Below the pieces are notes generated by a model, which was not told the origin of the DNA, ran no database searches, and saw nothing but the letters and a program-made list of their open reading frames with translations. Made by a program: the position numbers and the translations under genes. A stretch of DNA of 64,000 nt from Gammaproteobacteria bacterium (GTDB lineage: Bacteria > Pseudomonadota > Gammaproteobacteria > Magnimaribacterales > AG-339-G14): contig JBJLHG010000002.1 of assembly GCA_045564455.1 (NCBI GenBank), positions 231,877 to 295,876 of the forward strand, in the 5' to 3' direction. Positions 46,297-56,720 of the stretch are shown here, piece by piece (position 1 is the stretch's first letter; each line of letters starts with the position of its first letter).

Positions 46297-46960
46297 ATAT
46301 TCCTGTACCTATTCTAATCATTGTTGATCCACTTTCTATTGCTAACTTATAGTCGTTCGTCATACCCATTGATATTTCATCTGCATCAATAAGTTTAGAT
46401 TGTAATTTTTTCGATAACAAAAAAGTTTTATTAAAACTATTTTTCAGCAACCCTTCACTAGTGTCATTTTTAGGTATTACCATTATTCCTTTTAAAATTA
46501 GGTTATTAAGACTATCTATTTCCTTTGCTAAATCCATAAGATCTTCTTCCAGCACTCCTGATTTAGACTCTTCACAATCTATATTAATTTGAATCAAAAT
46601 ATTAATAGTCTTATCTTTTGGACAATATTTAGATAACAGTCTTGCAGTTTTGATTCTATCAACGGTATGAACCCAATCAAAGTTTTCAGCTATTTCTTTG
46701 CATTTATTAGACTGAATACTTCCAATAAAGTGCCAAATTATTTCTTTCCCTTTTAAAGATTCTTTTTTTTCAAGAGCTTCTTGAAGATAATTTTCTCCAA
46801 AATTCTTTATGCCGCAACTATAAGCTTCGGATATTAGCTCTTTTGATTTTTTTTTGCTTACCGCAATTATTTTTACTGAATCTTCATTTTTATTTCTAAG
46901 TAGCAGAGTCTCTTTGACCGATAAAAAAGTTTTAGAAATTTTTTCATTAATTTCTGACAT
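46280..46960 (-). CDS. yggS: YggS family pyridoxal-phosphate homeostasis protein
   Basis: IIAVSKKKS (PLP Lys), FGENYLQE, HFIGSIQSNK and MGMTNDY. Confidence 0.9.
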   Translation of the reverse strand: MSEINEKISKTFLSVKETLLLRNKNEDSVKIIAVSKKKSKELISEAYSCGIKNFGENYLQEALEKKESLKGKEIIWHFIGSIQSNKCKEIAENFDWVHTVDRIKTARLLSKYCPKDKTINILIQINIDCEESKSGVLEEDLMDLAKEIDSLNNLILKGIMVIPKNDTSEGLLKNSFNKTFLLSKKLQSKLIDADEISMGMTNDYKLAIESGSTMIRIGTGIFGERN

Positions 46961-48675
46961 TACATTTTTTCAGGAGTAGAGATGGACAAAAGATCAAAAC
47001 CACTTTTTATAGTTCTTTTGATCCCTAGGAGCAAGACATATTTAGCATTTCTAGTTTTGGAATCATCATCGATAATTACTTCAGAATTATAATAAGTATG
47101 GAATTTTGAGGCTAAATCTCTTAAATAAAAACAAATAGGATGAATTTCGAGATCTCTATAAGATTGTTCTAATACATCCTGATACGATTCAATAAAAGAA
47201 ATAATTTCAGATTCTTGTGAGCCATTCAACTTTGATAGATTTTCTATTCCTTCTTCGATATCAAAGCTCATTCCTCTCTTTACTAATTCTTTTTCCAAGC
47301 TACAGATTCTGGCATAGGCATATTGAATATAATAAACAGGATTATTTTTATTTTCAGCAGTAGCTACATCTATATCAAAATCTAAAGATTGGTCTCCTTT
47401 TCTAGCTAAGAAAAAAAATCTTGCTGCATCGATACCAACTTCATCAATAAGACTACTTAAAGTAATAAATTCTCCTGCTCTAGTAGACATTGAAACAAGT
47501 TTTCCTTTTCTCAAAAGCGAAACAAATTGAATAAAAATAGTTTTGAGTATGTTTGTGTCTAATTTAAGAGCTTTAATGGCCCCCTCAATTCTTGGTAAAT
47601 ATCCATGATGATCTGCTCCCCAAACATTAATTAATAAATCAAAATTTCTTTGATATTTCAAATTATGATATGCGATATCTGATGCAAAATAGGTGGGCTC
47701 ACTATTTTCTCTAATAAAAACTCTATCTTTTTCATCACCATGCTTTGAAGAACGAAACCAAGTTGCACCTTCTTTTTCAAATAAATTATTCTTTGCTTCA
47801 AGATTTTTTCTAGTAATTTCAAAATCATTTTCCTTGCTATCAGATTGGTTATAAAGAGTTGATTCATTAAACCAAACGTTATGATTAACTCTAAATTTTT
47901 TTAGATCTTCTTTAATTTTTTTTATTTCTTCCTCGATGGAAAAATTTATTAAAAGGTCGAAGTCTTTAAAATTATTTTTAACAAATGCATTCATTTCATT
48001 AAAGTTTTTAATTTTATTAAAGTCATCAGGGTTAGTTAAAACAAAATTCTCTTTAAATAATTTTTTTGCTTTTGCTGCAGTTTCCTTGACGTAATCTCCT
48101 TGATAGCAATCATCAGGAAAATGTACATCAATTTCAAAAAGCATTTGGTATCTTAAAAAAACACTTAAACCTAAAGTTTCTGATTGAAGCCCTCTATCAT
48201 TTACATAATATTCTTGAGTAACTTTATTTCCTGCTCTAATTAATAGATTTGAAAGAGCAGAGCCAAAAGCAGCACCTCTTCCATGACCAACATGTATAGG
48301 ACCAGTTGGATTACAAGAAACATATTCGACAAGAATATTTATAGGCTCCTTTTCATTGATAGGAAAATAAGAAGTATCTTCCTGAATTAGTTTTTTTAAA
48401 TATTTTAGTGAAGCATCCCTTGTTAGAAAAAAATTTATAAAACCAGGACCTGCAATTTCAACTTTTTCTAGCCATTCAATTTTTTTTATTTGAGAAATTA
48501 TTTCTTTGGCTAATTCTTGTGGATTTTTATTGAGTTCCTTGGATAGAACCATAGCTATATTAGAGGTCCAATCTCCGTGAAGTTCTGATTTAGTTCTAAG
48601 GATTTCGGCAGAGCGCTTTTTATCAGTCAAACCTAAGACTATTCCATCTAACAGTTTCTGAATGTCTTCTTTCAC
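46960..48675 (-). CDS. argS: Arginine--tRNA ligase
   Basis: NPTGPIHVGHGRGA (HIGH motif), SMSTRAGE (KMSK equivalent), and the C-terminal anticodon-binding domain. Confidence 0.95.
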   Translation of the reverse strand: MKEDIQKLLDGIVLGLTDKKRSAEILRTKSELHGDWTSNIAMVLSKELNKNPQELAKEIISQIKKIEWLEKVEIAGPGFINFFLTRDASLKYLKKLIQEDTSYFPINEKEPINILVEYVSCNPTGPIHVGHGRGAAFGSALSNLLIRAGNKVTQEYYVNDRGLQSETLGLSVFLRYQMLFEIDVHFPDDCYQGDYVKETAAKAKKLFKENFVLTNPDDFNKIKNFNEMNAFVKNNFKDFDLLINFSIEEEIKKIKEDLKKFRVNHNVWFNESTLYNQSDSKENDFEITRKNLEAKNNLFEKEGATWFRSSKHGDEKDRVFIRENSEPTYFASDIAYHNLKYQRNFDLLINVWGADHHGYLPRIEGAIKALKLDTNILKTIFIQFVSLLRKGKLVSMSTRAGEFITLSSLIDEVGIDAARFFFLARKGDQSLDFDIDVATAENKNNPVYYIQYAYARICSLEKELVKRGMSFDIEEGIENLSKLNGSQESEIISFIESYQDVLEQSYRDLEIHPICFYLRDLASKFHTYYNSEVIIDDDSKTRNAKYVLLLGIKRTIKSGFDLLSISTPEKM

Positions 48676-49242
48676 TTATTTAACTCGGCTTTGGTATTCA
48701 TTGGTTCTAGTATCTATTTTTACTACATCACCTTGATTAATGAACAAAGGAACCTTAACTTCTAAATCATTAGCTAACTTAGCCGATTTTAAAGTGTTGG
48801 TTGTAGTATCTCCTTTGAAGCCAGGCTCAGTTTCTACAATCTCTATCTCAGCAAAAGTATCTATTTCTACAGAAACTAGTGTATTTTCCCACAAAGCTAT
48901 TTCGTAAGTCTCTCCCTCTTTTACCCATAAACTTTTTGATCCCATTATTTCTAAATCAAAATTAATTTGTTCATAAGTTTTTAAATCCATAAAAATAGCA
49001 CTTTTACCTTCTTTATATAAATATTGCATATTAGAATTAGAAATATCAGCTTTTTCAACAGACTCTCCGGTTTTAAAAGTTTTATCTAAAACTCTGCCAG
49101 AAATTAAATTTTTATATTTAACACGCATTACTGCTTGGCCTTTACCGGGCTTATGAAAGTCGTTTTCTATTATTTCGCAAAGCTCATTTTCTATAATTAC
49201 TTTTAAACCAGATCTAAATTCGTTTGTGCTGATTTGTGCCAT
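48676..49242 (-). CDS. efp: Elongation factor P (Lys-type loop)
   Basis: MAQISTNEFRSGLK and HKPGKGQAVMRVKYKNL, with Lys at the modification position. 188 aa. Confidence 0.95.
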   Translation of the reverse strand: MAQISTNEFRSGLKVIIENELCEIIENDFHKPGKGQAVMRVKYKNLISGRVLDKTFKTGESVEKADISNSNMQYLYKEGKSAIFMDLKTYEQINFDLEIMGSKSLWVKEGETYEIALWENTLVSVEIDTFAEIEIVETEPGFKGDTTTNTLKSAKLANDLEVKVPLFINQGDVVKIDTRTNEYQSRVK

Positions 49243-49320
49243 ATTGTATTACTCCTTATTAAATGTAAGCTTTGCTATATGAGACATATTGTGGTTAATA
49301 AAAAAACGACTTAATGTTGC

Positions 49321-49337
49321 ATAATTAGAATCAAAAT
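49321..49337. promoter_or_regulatory. Candidate Fur box upstream of the TonB2-type cluster
   Basis: Extending one base each side, cATAATTAGAATCAAAATt (49320-49338) matches 13 of 19 positions of GATAATGATAATCATTATC. It lies about 110 nt upstream of ATG 49445. AT-rich background means a chance match is quite possible. Confidence 0.25.
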
Positions 49338-49444
49338 TTTAAAGTACCATGCTTAATGTGTAGTTTACATAAGAGAAGACAAAATTTTTTATTTTTTCCA
49401 TTTTAAAAAGTACTATAAAGATTATTTTAGGAGCAAGAAATTTC

Positions 49445-50209
49445 ATGAAAAGATATTTTAATAAAACTTTATTAATAACTTCATTTTTGATTTTATCAAT
49501 TAACGTTTCGAGTCAATTGGACTCTGTAATGGATGAAAATAAAGGCAGAACACAAGCAGCAGCTGTTTCACAAGCAAAAATTGATTCAACTCAAATTAAA
49601 ACTGATAAAGCCTCAACTGAATATAAAAGCGTTAGTAAACAGATCGAGGGTTTAAAGGTTTATAACGCTCAAAAAAGAAAGCAAATCAAAAGGCAAGTTG
49701 AGCGCATGAAAGAAATAGAAAAAACTATGAAATACGCATCAGTTCTTCAAAGACAAATACCGCCTCTAGCAAGAAGAATGCATGCTGGACTAGAGCAGTT
49801 CGTTGCATTAGATCTTCCTTTTAGCTCTGGAGAAAGAACAGAAAGACTTAAATTCATTCAAGATGCTTTGGATAATCCAACAGTTTCTCCTGCAGAAAAA
49901 CTTAGGCAGGTACTTGAAGGCTTTGATATTGAAGCTGAATATGGAAGAAAAATAGACACTTATAAAGACACTATTCTAATTGGAGATCAAGAAAGAGACG
50001 TAAACATCCTTAGAGTTGGAAGACTTGTCCTTGCTTATCAAACCTCTGATTTAGATAGAACAGGTATTTGGAACAAAGAAACAAAATCTTGGGAAAATCT
50101 TCCAGGAAGATATAGGGGTGTTGTGCGAGATGGAATAAGCATGGCTAAAAAACTTAAGACGGTAGATATGCTTGAACTGCCAGTTCCTGCAGCGGAGATA
50201 GTTCAATGA
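49445..50209 (+). CDS. DUF3450 periplasmic protein (TtpB-like component of TonB2-type systems)
   Basis: Signal peptide, coiled coil, and the DUF3450 core LPF..GER..RL.F......P.VS.AEK.RQVLE....E.EYGR.I.TY. Confidence 0.8.
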   Translation: MKRYFNKTLLITSFLILSINVSSQLDSVMDENKGRTQAAAVSQAKIDSTQIKTDKASTEYKSVSKQIEGLKVYNAQKRKQIKRQVERMKEIEKTMKYASVLQRQIPPLARRMHAGLEQFVALDLPFSSGERTERLKFIQDALDNPTVSPAEKLRQVLEGFDIEAEYGRKIDTYKDTILIGDQERDVNILRVGRLVLAYQTSDLDRTGIWNKETKSWENLPGRYRGVVRDGISMAKKLKTVDMLELPVPAAEIVQ

Positions 50210-51600
50210 AAAATATATTTAAAATCTTTTTAATCATTTCTATTGCTTTTGGATCTTTCTTCTCACTTGCACAAGAAGATAAGCCTCAATCAGAAGCCTT
50301 GAATTTAGAAGAGCTTCTTGATTTGGTTAAAGCTGGAAAATTTGCTGAATCTGAAGAGGCTACTAAAAGAGAGAACAGATTCTCTAAAGAAAAAAATAGA
50401 CAACAAACCTTATTAGCTAATGCAAAAGCAGAAAGAGCTAAGTTAGAGGCCATAGCTACAAATCTTGAAACAAGATTTGAAGCAAACGATGCAAAATTAA
50501 CTCTTCTAGAAGAACAATTGAAAACAAGACTTGGCTCTCTTTATGAAACATTTGGGCATCTTCAAGGAGTTGCTTCTGATACAGAAGACTATTTTAAAAC
50601 AGCCATAACGTCAGGTCAGTTTGGTAAAGAAAGAGAGGAGTTTTTAGGCGAACTAGCTAAAAAAATGGGAGAGGGTGTCAGTGTTGCAACAATTGAGGAA
50701 ATTGAGCAACTTTGGTACGAACTTTCAAGAGAGCTTGTTGCATCGGGAAATGTTCAAAGATTTTCGGCCACCGTTATAGATAATGATGGCGAATCATCAG
50801 AGCAAGATGTTGTTAGGGTCGGTAACTTTAATGCAGTTGCTGAAGGACAATATCTTACGTATCTTTCTAAACGGGGAGCTTATGAAACTTTGCCTAAACA
50901 ACCTGGAAGATATCTAGATGGTACATATGATGTTTTTGATGAGGATTCCGGTTTTGTCCAATTCGCACTAGATCCAACAGGTCCACAAGGCGGAGCTTTA
51001 TTGGTTAATTTAATTTCTTTACCTTCTTTCTTTGAGCAAATTCAATATGGAAGAATAACTGGTTATACAATAATTGTATTATTTCTAATAGCTATCGGTG
51101 TTTTTGGATGGCGTTTCTATGCATTATTTACAATAAATGGGAATGTTAAAAAACAAGCGGCTGGAGAAGTAGCTGGTGATAATCCCTTATCAAGAATATT
51201 TGCTGTTGCGGATCAAAACAAAACAGATACTGAAACTTTAGAGCTTAAATTATCAGAACAGATTCTTATAGAAAGAGCTGAAATAGATCAGTACATATGG
51301 GTAGTTAGGTTAATTTCTGTTATCTCACCTCTTCTTGGTTTATTTGGAACAATTATTGGAATGATAAATACCTTCCAGGCAATTACATTATTTGGTACTG
51401 GAGATCCTAAAACTATGGCTGGAGGAATTTCCGAGGCCTTAGTAACAACAATGCTTGGACTAATGTGTGCTATTCCTACTACGTTTATGGCAGCGGCATT
51501 ATCAAATTATTCCAAAGGAATATTGGCTATTTTAGAAGAACAAAGCACAGGTATGGTTGCAGTCAGATCAGAAGAAACTCATTCAGGTAGCAGTATCTAA
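50206..51600 (+). CDS. Large MotA/TolQ/ExbB-family proton channel protein (TtpC-like)
   Basis: Signal peptide and a long coiled-coil periplasmic domain, plus a C-terminal MotA/ExbB channel (SPLLGLFGTIIGMI, GISEALVTT). Confidence 0.85.
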   Translation: MKNIFKIFLIISIAFGSFFSLAQEDKPQSEALNLEELLDLVKAGKFAESEEATKRENRFSKEKNRQQTLLANAKAERAKLEAIATNLETRFEANDAKLTLLEEQLKTRLGSLYETFGHLQGVASDTEDYFKTAITSGQFGKEREEFLGELAKKMGEGVSVATIEEIEQLWYELSRELVASGNVQRFSATVIDNDGESSEQDVVRVGNFNAVAEGQYLTYLSKRGAYETLPKQPGRYLDGTYDVFDEDSGFVQFALDPTGPQGGALLVNLISLPSFFEQIQYGRITGYTIIVLFLIAIGVFGWRFYALFTINGNVKKQAAGEVAGDNPLSRIFAVADQNKTDTETLELKLSEQILIERAEIDQYIWVVRLISVISPLLGLFGTIIGMINTFQAITLFGTGDPKTMAGGISEALVTTMLGLMCAIPTTFMAAALSNYSKGILAILEEQSTGMVAVRSEETHSGSSI

Positions 51601-51602
51601 AA

Positions 51603-52127
51603 ATGAGCTGGTTTTTTAGCTTACAAGATACTTTGTTCTCCTTTCTTGAAAAGGGAGGAGGAGTGGTTTTATTAATAAGCCTCTTAGTAGTTTTAATGTG
51701 GTTTTTTATTTTTGAAAGGATCTGGTATTTCACATTCGTTCATCCAGCAGTAGAGAAAGATACTATAGATAAATGGTCTAAAGTTCCCGAACATAAATCG
51801 TGGAAAGGTCACATGGTTAGATCCATGCTTGTTTCAAAAGCAAATCTTCAAATACGAAGTAACTTAGAATTAATAAGAGTCTGTGTTGCAATTGCTCCTT
51901 TATTTGGACTTCTAGGAACAATTGTAGGAATGATTGAAGTTTTTCATATACTTGCTGTAACTGGAGGAGGAGATGCTAAAGCAATGGCTGGTGGAGTTGC
52001 TAGATCAACTATTCCTGCAATGGCAGGATTAATGGCGGCAATTCCAGCGAGTATTGCTGCAAGATGGTTAGAGCAAAATGCTCAAAAGAAATCAGATTTA
52101 TTATCAGAACATTTAACATACGAGTAA
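51603..52127 (+). CDS. exbB: Biopolymer transport protein ExbB
   Basis: 174 aa with 3 TM segments, and APLFGLLGTIVGMIEVF. Confidence 0.9.
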   Translation: MSWFFSLQDTLFSFLEKGGGVVLLISLLVVLMWFFIFERIWYFTFVHPAVEKDTIDKWSKVPEHKSWKGHMVRSMLVSKANLQIRSNLELIRVCVAIAPLFGLLGTIVGMIEVFHILAVTGGGDAKAMAGGVARSTIPAMAGLMAAIPASIAARWLEQNAQKKSDLLSEHLTYE

Positions 52128-52133
52128 AGAGAA

Positions 52134-52544
52134 ATGAGAAGATCTTTAATAAGCCAGGCAGTAGAAGAAGCAGATGAACCAAATATAACTCCAATGCTGG
52201 ATGTCGTATTTATTCTTTTAATATTCTTTATCGTGACAGCAAACTTCATCAAAGATCCTGGCCTTGAAATTACAAGACCAGATTCAGAAACTGCTGAAAT
52301 AACAGAAAATGCTGCAATTTTAATTGCAATTGGTCCGGCAGGTGAAGTTTATATGGATGGAAGAAGAATAGATGTTCGCCAGGTGAAAGCTAATGTCATA
52401 AGACTTATAGCAGAGAATCCTCAAGGATCTGTTGTCTTACAAGCTGATAAAAAAGCAACAGCTGAAAAAATCATTGGCGTAATGGATGAAGTTAGAGAAG
52501 CTGGCGTTATTGATATTTCAATCGCATCAGAGCCTAATTTTTAA
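52134..52544 (+). CDS. exbD: Biopolymer transport protein ExbD
   Basis: NITPMLDVVFILLIFFIV and the periplasmic domain VVLQADKKA. Confidence 0.9.
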   Translation: MRRSLISQAVEEADEPNITPMLDVVFILLIFFIVTANFIKDPGLEITRPDSETAEITENAAILIAIGPAGEVYMDGRRIDVRQVKANVIRLIAENPQGSVVLQADKKATAEKIIGVMDEVREAGVIDISIASEPNF

Positions 52545-53263
52545 TGGTTGAGAAATTTAAAAATCTATTAAAGAAATATCTTTCTATCGATATAGATGGA
52601 ATGGTCTTAGGCTCAGTAGAAGATTCAAATGTATATCAAAAATATGGAATTGCAGCTGCAGCAGCAACAGTAGTAGCCTTATTTTCACTGTTATTAATGG
52701 CTTTTCTAATAGCAACTGGTGAAGTTGAATTAGATGATGTAAAAACTAGAAAAATAGTAGACATAGTCATGCCAGAAAGGGATCCAGAGCTCATAGATTC
52801 TGTTGAAAGACCAGATGAGGCTGAACCAGAGCCAGATCAGGTCCCTCCTGAAGTAGATATTGAACAGGTTGATGATGTTTTAGATGACTCTCTTAATTTA
52901 AACTTTAAATTTAAAGCTAAAAGACAAGGAGTTTTCGCTGATGGTTCTTATGTTCCAATATTTCAAGTACCCCCTCAGTATCCTAGAAGGGCAGCAGAAA
53001 GAGGAATTGAAGGATGTGTTCTTTTAGAATATACAGTTACTCCTGCAGGAGCTGTAAGCGAACCAACTGTTATAAATGCAATTCCTAAAGGACTTTTTGA
53101 TAGAGCTGCGACAAGAGCTGCGTTAAGATATAAATACAAGCCTTTAATACGAGATGGAGTTCCTGTCGCAGTTGAAGGTGTAAGACAAAGAATTACTTTT
53201 GTTTTGGAGGGTGAAGGCAAAGGACCTGGATATATTCCAGAGAATTGTAGGGGTATGATGTGA
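52544..53263 (+). CDS. tonB: Energy transducer TonB
   Basis: TM anchor, acidic/Pro-rich spacer (DEAEPEPDQVPPE), and a TonB_C domain (PPQYPRRAAERGIEGCVLLEYTVTPAGAV). Confidence 0.9.
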   Translation: MVEKFKNLLKKYLSIDIDGMVLGSVEDSNVYQKYGIAAAAATVVALFSLLLMAFLIATGEVELDDVKTRKIVDIVMPERDPELIDSVERPDEAEPEPDQVPPEVDIEQVDDVLDDSLNLNFKFKAKRQGVFADGSYVPIFQVPPQYPRRAAERGIEGCVLLEYTVTPAGAVSEPTVINAIPKGLFDRAATRAALRYKYKPLIRDGVPVAVEGVRQRITFVLEGEGKGPGYIPENCRGMM

Positions 53264-54654
53264 TGAGATTAGTTTATATATTTGTTTTAGCTTTACTGTT
53301 AAGTTTTAATTTAGCTGTAAATGCTCAGGAAGAAAAAAAAGAGGAATTTAATTTTCCTGGATTTACTCTCTCTAAATGTCTTAAGGATTACGATATAAAA
53401 AAACAATCTGGTAGAAGAGTAGCTAAACTTCCAAGTGGAGTAGCTCAAAAATATCTTAAAACACTTTATCCAGTTCTTGAAGAAGATGATCTGCCAAGAG
53501 CATTAGAAATTCTTGATCGCATGAAATCTGATGGTGGGCTTAAACAAAGAGATAAAGCTCAAATGTACTATTACTATGCTTATGTTTATTTTAGTCAAGA
53601 AAACCTAAGGAAAGCTAAGACTGCTTATAATGATTTTTTAAAAATAGAGGAAGCAGACCCAAGATTAAAATCTAATGTTATTTTTAGCCTTGCCCAGATC
53701 GCATATTCTGAAGAAAAATATAAAGAATCTATTAGTAAAATGAAAGAATGGCTCTCTAAGGAAGCTAATCCAAGCTCAACGGGTTTCGATATTATGGCTG
53801 CTTCATACTGGCAATTAAAGGATAAAAAACAGGCTCTTAAAAATGCTCAAACAGGATTGTGTGTTGCAAAAGCAAATAAATCTAAACCCAGAGAATCAAC
53901 ATATAACCTTTTGCTTGCTCTTTACAATGAAAAACAACAAACAGAAAAAATGCTTTCGTTGTATGAAGAGCTAGTTCAATTTCATCCAAAAAAGAAATAT
54001 TGGACTCAACTCTCAGGTATTTATGGAGAACTAAAGCAAGAAGACAATCAGTTAACTTCTTTAGAGGCTGCATTTGATCAAAAATTATTAGATAAAGAAA
54101 ATGAGTATGTTGCTCTTTATCAATTATTAATGAGAGCTGATGCTCCTTATAAAGCAGCCAAAGTCATGGAATATGGAATTAATGGTGAATTTGTTAAAGA
54201 TAATGAAAAACATCTAAAAATGTTGGCGCAAGGATGGCACCTAGCTCAAGAATTAGAGACTGCTGAGACTATATACGAAAAGGCAGCAGAAAAATCTGAT
54301 GAAGGTGAATTATATGTATTCTTGGGGCAAATCTATTTAGCTACGGATAGATATAATCTGGCCATGGATACTTTAAAACTAGGTCTAAAAAAAGGAAAAT
54401 TAAAAGATCCAGTCACTGTGAACATCTTATTAGGACAAGTTTCATATGAAATGCAAAATTTTGAAGATGCAACTAAATTTTTTAGAACTGCTTTAGATAG
54501 GCTTGCTGATTTAAAAATTAAAGATAAAAAATTATTAGAAAAAAGACAAGATAAATTAAGATCTCAAGCCCTCACGTGGCTAACTTATACTGAAAAAGAA
54601 GCAAAAAGAGTCAAAACTCTTGAGCTAAGAAGAAAAGATTTAGAGAGTAGTTAA
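53260..54654 (+). CDS. Secreted tetratricopeptide-repeat protein (TtpD-like)
   Basis: Signal peptide and multiple TPR-like helical repeats. It is the last gene of the TonB2-type cluster. Confidence 0.75.
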   Translation: MMRLVYIFVLALLLSFNLAVNAQEEKKEEFNFPGFTLSKCLKDYDIKKQSGRRVAKLPSGVAQKYLKTLYPVLEEDDLPRALEILDRMKSDGGLKQRDKAQMYYYYAYVYFSQENLRKAKTAYNDFLKIEEADPRLKSNVIFSLAQIAYSEEKYKESISKMKEWLSKEANPSSTGFDIMAASYWQLKDKKQALKNAQTGLCVAKANKSKPRESTYNLLLALYNEKQQTEKMLSLYEELVQFHPKKKYWTQLSGIYGELKQEDNQLTSLEAAFDQKLLDKENEYVALYQLLMRADAPYKAAKVMEYGINGEFVKDNEKHLKMLAQGWHLAQELETAETIYEKAAEKSDEGELYVFLGQIYLATDRYNLAMDTLKLGLKKGKLKDPVTVNILLGQVSYEMQNFEDATKFFRTALDRLADLKIKDKKLLEKRQDKLRSQALTWLTYTEKEAKRVKTLELRRKDLESS

Positions 54655-55139
54655 TTCTTTAATTTATAAATTGTTAATCTGCAATTAGCCTTACTTTTCT
54701 CATCAAAAAAACTCTCCTCTTCTTTAATTGTCCATCTGCTCCAATCAAAATCAGGAAAATAAGAATCTCCTTGGTAATCTTTGTCAATATGAGTGATTAT
54801 TAGCTCATTCGCTTCAGATTGAAATAATTCATAAACTGAAGAACCGCCGATAATAAATACCTTTTCTCCTAACTTATTTATTAAGTTTTTTGCTGTATTA
54901 AAATCATTAACAACAAGAACTCCTTCATGTGAATATTTAATATCACTAGTTAAGATTATATTTGTTCGTTTTGGTAGAGGCCTTCCAATGGATTCAAAAG
55001 TTTTTCTACCCATCAAAACAGGATGACCAGTAGTAATTTTTCTAAATCTTTTTAAATCTTCAGGAATATCCCATGGCAAAGAATTATTGATACCAATAAT
55101 TTTATTTTTAGCTATTGCGGCTATTAATGCGATGTTCAT
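54651..55139 (-). CDS. folA: Dihydrofolate reductase
   Basis: IAAIAKNKIIGINNSLPW, GRKTFESIG and IIGGSSVYE. Confidence 0.95.
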   Translation of the reverse strand: MNIALIAAIAKNKIIGINNSLPWDIPEDLKRFRKITTGHPVLMGRKTFESIGRPLPKRTNIILTSDIKYSHEGVLVVNDFNTAKNLINKLGEKVFIIGGSSVYELFQSEANELIITHIDKDYQGDSYFPDFDWSRWTIKEEESFFDEKSKANCRLTIYKLKN

Positions 55140-55933
55140 TAAACTGCAATTGGAGCTGAAATACCTGGGTGAGACTCATAATTTAAAATTTCAATATCTT
55201 CATATTTAAAATCAAATATGCTGCAAACTTCTTGATTTAATTTTAGTTGAGGAAGATTCATTGTTTTTCTAGATAATTGCAACTTGGCTTGATCTAGATG
55301 ATTTAAATATAGATGAGCATCTCCTAAGGTATGTACAAATTTTCCTACTTTTAAATTGCATACTTGAGCAATCATATGATTCAGTAGAGCATAAGAAGCT
55401 ATATTAAAAGGGACTCCTAAAAAGATGTCTGCACTTCTTTGGTATAACTGGCAAGAAAGCTCTCCATTTGCTACATAAAATTGAAAAAGAGAATGACAAG
55501 GGGGCAGAGCCATATCATCAACTAGCGCAGGATTCCATGCGCTCACAATATGTCTTCTTGAATCTGGATTATTATTAATACCATTAATTAAATTTTGTAT
55601 TTGATCAATAGATCCTTTATTTCCATCTGGCCAAGAACGCCATTGAGCTCCATAAACAGGTCCTAGATCACCATTTTCATCTGCCCATTCGTCCCAAATA
55701 GATACGCCATTTTCTTTTAAATAAGAAATATTAGTTGAGCCTTGAAGAAACCAAATCAGCTCATGGATTATTGATTTCAAATGGACTTTTTTAGTTGTAA
55801 CCAATGGAAAACCATCAGAAAGATTAAATTCCATTTGATGTCCAAAGATGCTGAGAGTACCAGTGCCCGTTCTATCAGATTTTTCCTGACCTTCGTTTAA
55901 AACCTTCTGCATTAGATCAAGATATTGTTTCAT
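55139..55933 (-). CDS. thyA: Thymidylate synthase
   Basis: [31 protein letters not shown] and DAHLY. Confidence 0.97.
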   Translation of the reverse strand: MKQYLDLMQKVLNEGQEKSDRTGTGTLSIFGHQMEFNLSDGFPLVTTKKVHLKSIIHELIWFLQGSTNISYLKENGVSIWDEWADENGDLGPVYGAQWRSWPDGNKGSIDQIQNLINGINNNPDSRRHIVSAWNPALVDDMALPPCHSLFQFYVANGELSCQLYQRSADIFLGVPFNIASYALLNHMIAQVCNLKVGKFVHTLGDAHLYLNHLDQAKLQLSRKTMNLPQLKLNQEVCSIFDFKYEDIEILNYESHPGISAPIAV

Positions 55934-56720
55934 TTTTATTTCTTCTACTTAAGATTAATAATAATAAGCCAATTAAAACCATCGGGATGGAAAGTAGCTG
56001 ACCTCTTGTAATTATATCTAAAAAATCGAAACCTATATGTGCATCTGGCATTCTAAAAATTTCTGTAATTATTCTAAATAATCCATAAACTGATAAAAAT
56101 GTTCCAGATATAAACATCCTTGGTCGAGGTTTTTTAGAAAGCCAAAATAAAATTATAAAAAGCAAAAAACCTTCAAAAAATGCTTGATAAAGTTGAGAGG
56201 GGTGTCTTGATAATTGGAGAGGATCGCTCCAAAAAGTCATTCCCCATGGAAGATCTGTCGGTCTTCCAAGCAACTCTCCGCCTAAAAAATTACCTATGCG
56301 AACGCTTCCTAAACCTATGGGAAAAGCTAAAGCTATGTGATCTGATAGTTGAAAGAAATTTATTTTTAATTTTCTGCTGAATAATAAAAATGAAACTAGA
56401 ACTCCTATAAGTCCACCATGAAAGGAAAGACCTCCTTCCCAAACTTTAAAAATACTTAAAGGGTTATATAAAACCTGATCTATTCCATAAAAGAACATAT
56501 ATCCTAGGCGTCCCCCAATTATAGCTCCCAAAACTCCATAAAAAAGGAAATCTTCTATATCGTCTTTCGAAAAAGGCGAATTATTCGAAACTATTTTTTT
56601 TGCATACCAGTGAATCCCAAGTATTCCTATAAGCCAAGAAATGCCATACCAATATACTGGCCACCAACCTAAAAAGGGGAAAGGTACATAGAAGGCAATT
56701 GGATTTATTGCAATATTCAT
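55917..56720 (-). CDS. lgt: Phosphatidylglycerol--prolipoprotein diacylglyceryl transferase
   Basis: [17 protein letters not shown] and RHPSQLYQA. Conserved lgt-thyA linkage. Confidence 0.95.
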   Translation of the reverse strand: MNIAINPIAFYVPFPFLGWWPVYWYGISWLIGILGIHWYAKKIVSNNSPFSKDDIEDFLFYGVLGAIIGGRLGYMFFYGIDQVLYNPLSIFKVWEGGLSFHGGLIGVLVSFLLFSRKLKINFFQLSDHIALAFPIGLGSVRIGNFLGGELLGRPTDLPWGMTFWSDPLQLSRHPSQLYQAFFEGFLLFIILFWLSKKPRPRMFISGTFLSVYGLFRIITEIFRMPDAHIGFDFLDIITRGQLLSIPMVLIGLLLLILSRRNKNETIS

